Both the position numbers and the translations under genes were made by a program. From Octopus vulgaris (Eukaryota), in NCBI GenBank assembly GCA_951406725.2, contig OX597820.1:73594001-73658000 (forward strand): a stretch of DNA of 64,000 nucleotides. Direction: 5' to 3'. Of the stretch, positions 63,191 through 64,000 are shown piece by piece. Below the pieces are notes generated by a model, which had not been told where the DNA came from, made no database searches, and saw nothing but the letters and a program-made list of their open reading frames with translations. Numbering within the stretch: position 1 is the first letter of the stretch; each line of letters begins with the position of its first letter.

Positions 63191-64000
63191 CAAAGGTAGA
63201 GGTATTGTTTTCAGTCCATTGCTGGTTGGATTCGGATGAAACTTTCAGGGATGTTTGGCCTCGTGAGTGGCACAAATTGATTAGATTTTGGGATCGATCT
63301 GCTACTGGACAAGGATTCTGGATTATTTGTTATATTTACTTTACATGATTACAATCTTAAGTTAACTTTCAAGTCTTTCTCAATCATCTCCCTTTAGGCT
63401 GTTTCCAAAGTTTAATTTTCGTTTTTCTTTTATTAGTTTTACTTGCATCTCTATCTTAATAGAAACTAACGGATAAAGAAATCAAACTCATAAACAAACG
63501 ACAGCAAAGTCATTCAGAAATTAAATAACATTAAAATTTTTTTATAACATATATATTATATATTATACATACATATTGATACTTTACAATATACTTACAT
63601 ATATACATACATCTATACATTGATCTAAAACATCAGGAATACTTAAGGAAGGCCAGAATTTAAGAGAAGAGAAAACCAAAAGGTCTCATGCTATTCATTT
63701 AAAAATTCCTGAGTAGAACCTCTCTCTTTGAAACTAATTTGAATGGTGAATAAATAAGGATAAAATATTTATTGCGGTTACTAAATTTTCTACAGCCACC
63801 TTCACATTCCATGACTACTATTGGGATCAATCAGGTACCAGACAAGGATTCTGGATTATTTTTCCAGGTTTTTACTTCATTTTTGAGAGCAGTCGGGTTT
63901 ATTTTTAGTATCCTCGTTTGCGAGAGCAGTCAAATTTATTTCAGATATTCTCATTTTAAAAATCATCTCAGGATAATCGCTGAGAGGACGTTGGTGTTGC

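Overview
AT-rich, repeat-dense animal genomic DNA; the SINE families and (TA)n/(ATT)n/(ATC)n microsatellite load look like a coleoid cephalopod (Octopus-like; inferred, not verified). One host gene is supported: the last three coding exons of a Four-jointed/FJX1-like Golgi kinase on the + strand (6731-6911, 27260-27424, 45499-45916). The exons splice in frame via canonical GT-AG sites across ~20 kb and ~18 kb introns, and the 5' exons appear to lie outside the window. The rest is transposon debris: a mariner remnant, RTE, R4/Dong-like and CR1-like LINE fragments, hAT, piggyBac, Kolobok and Tc1-type MITEs, a non-autonomous Helitron, at least four SINE-like families and a 5S rRNA-derived chimera. 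The most notable unexplained signals are hammerhead-ribozyme-like motifs in short (TA)n-anchored elements, including one with an intact core on the sense strand ~150 nt upstream of a kinase exon, and several long perfect fold-back hairpins in the introns. Almost all ORFs in the supplied track are microsatellite or SINE artefacts.
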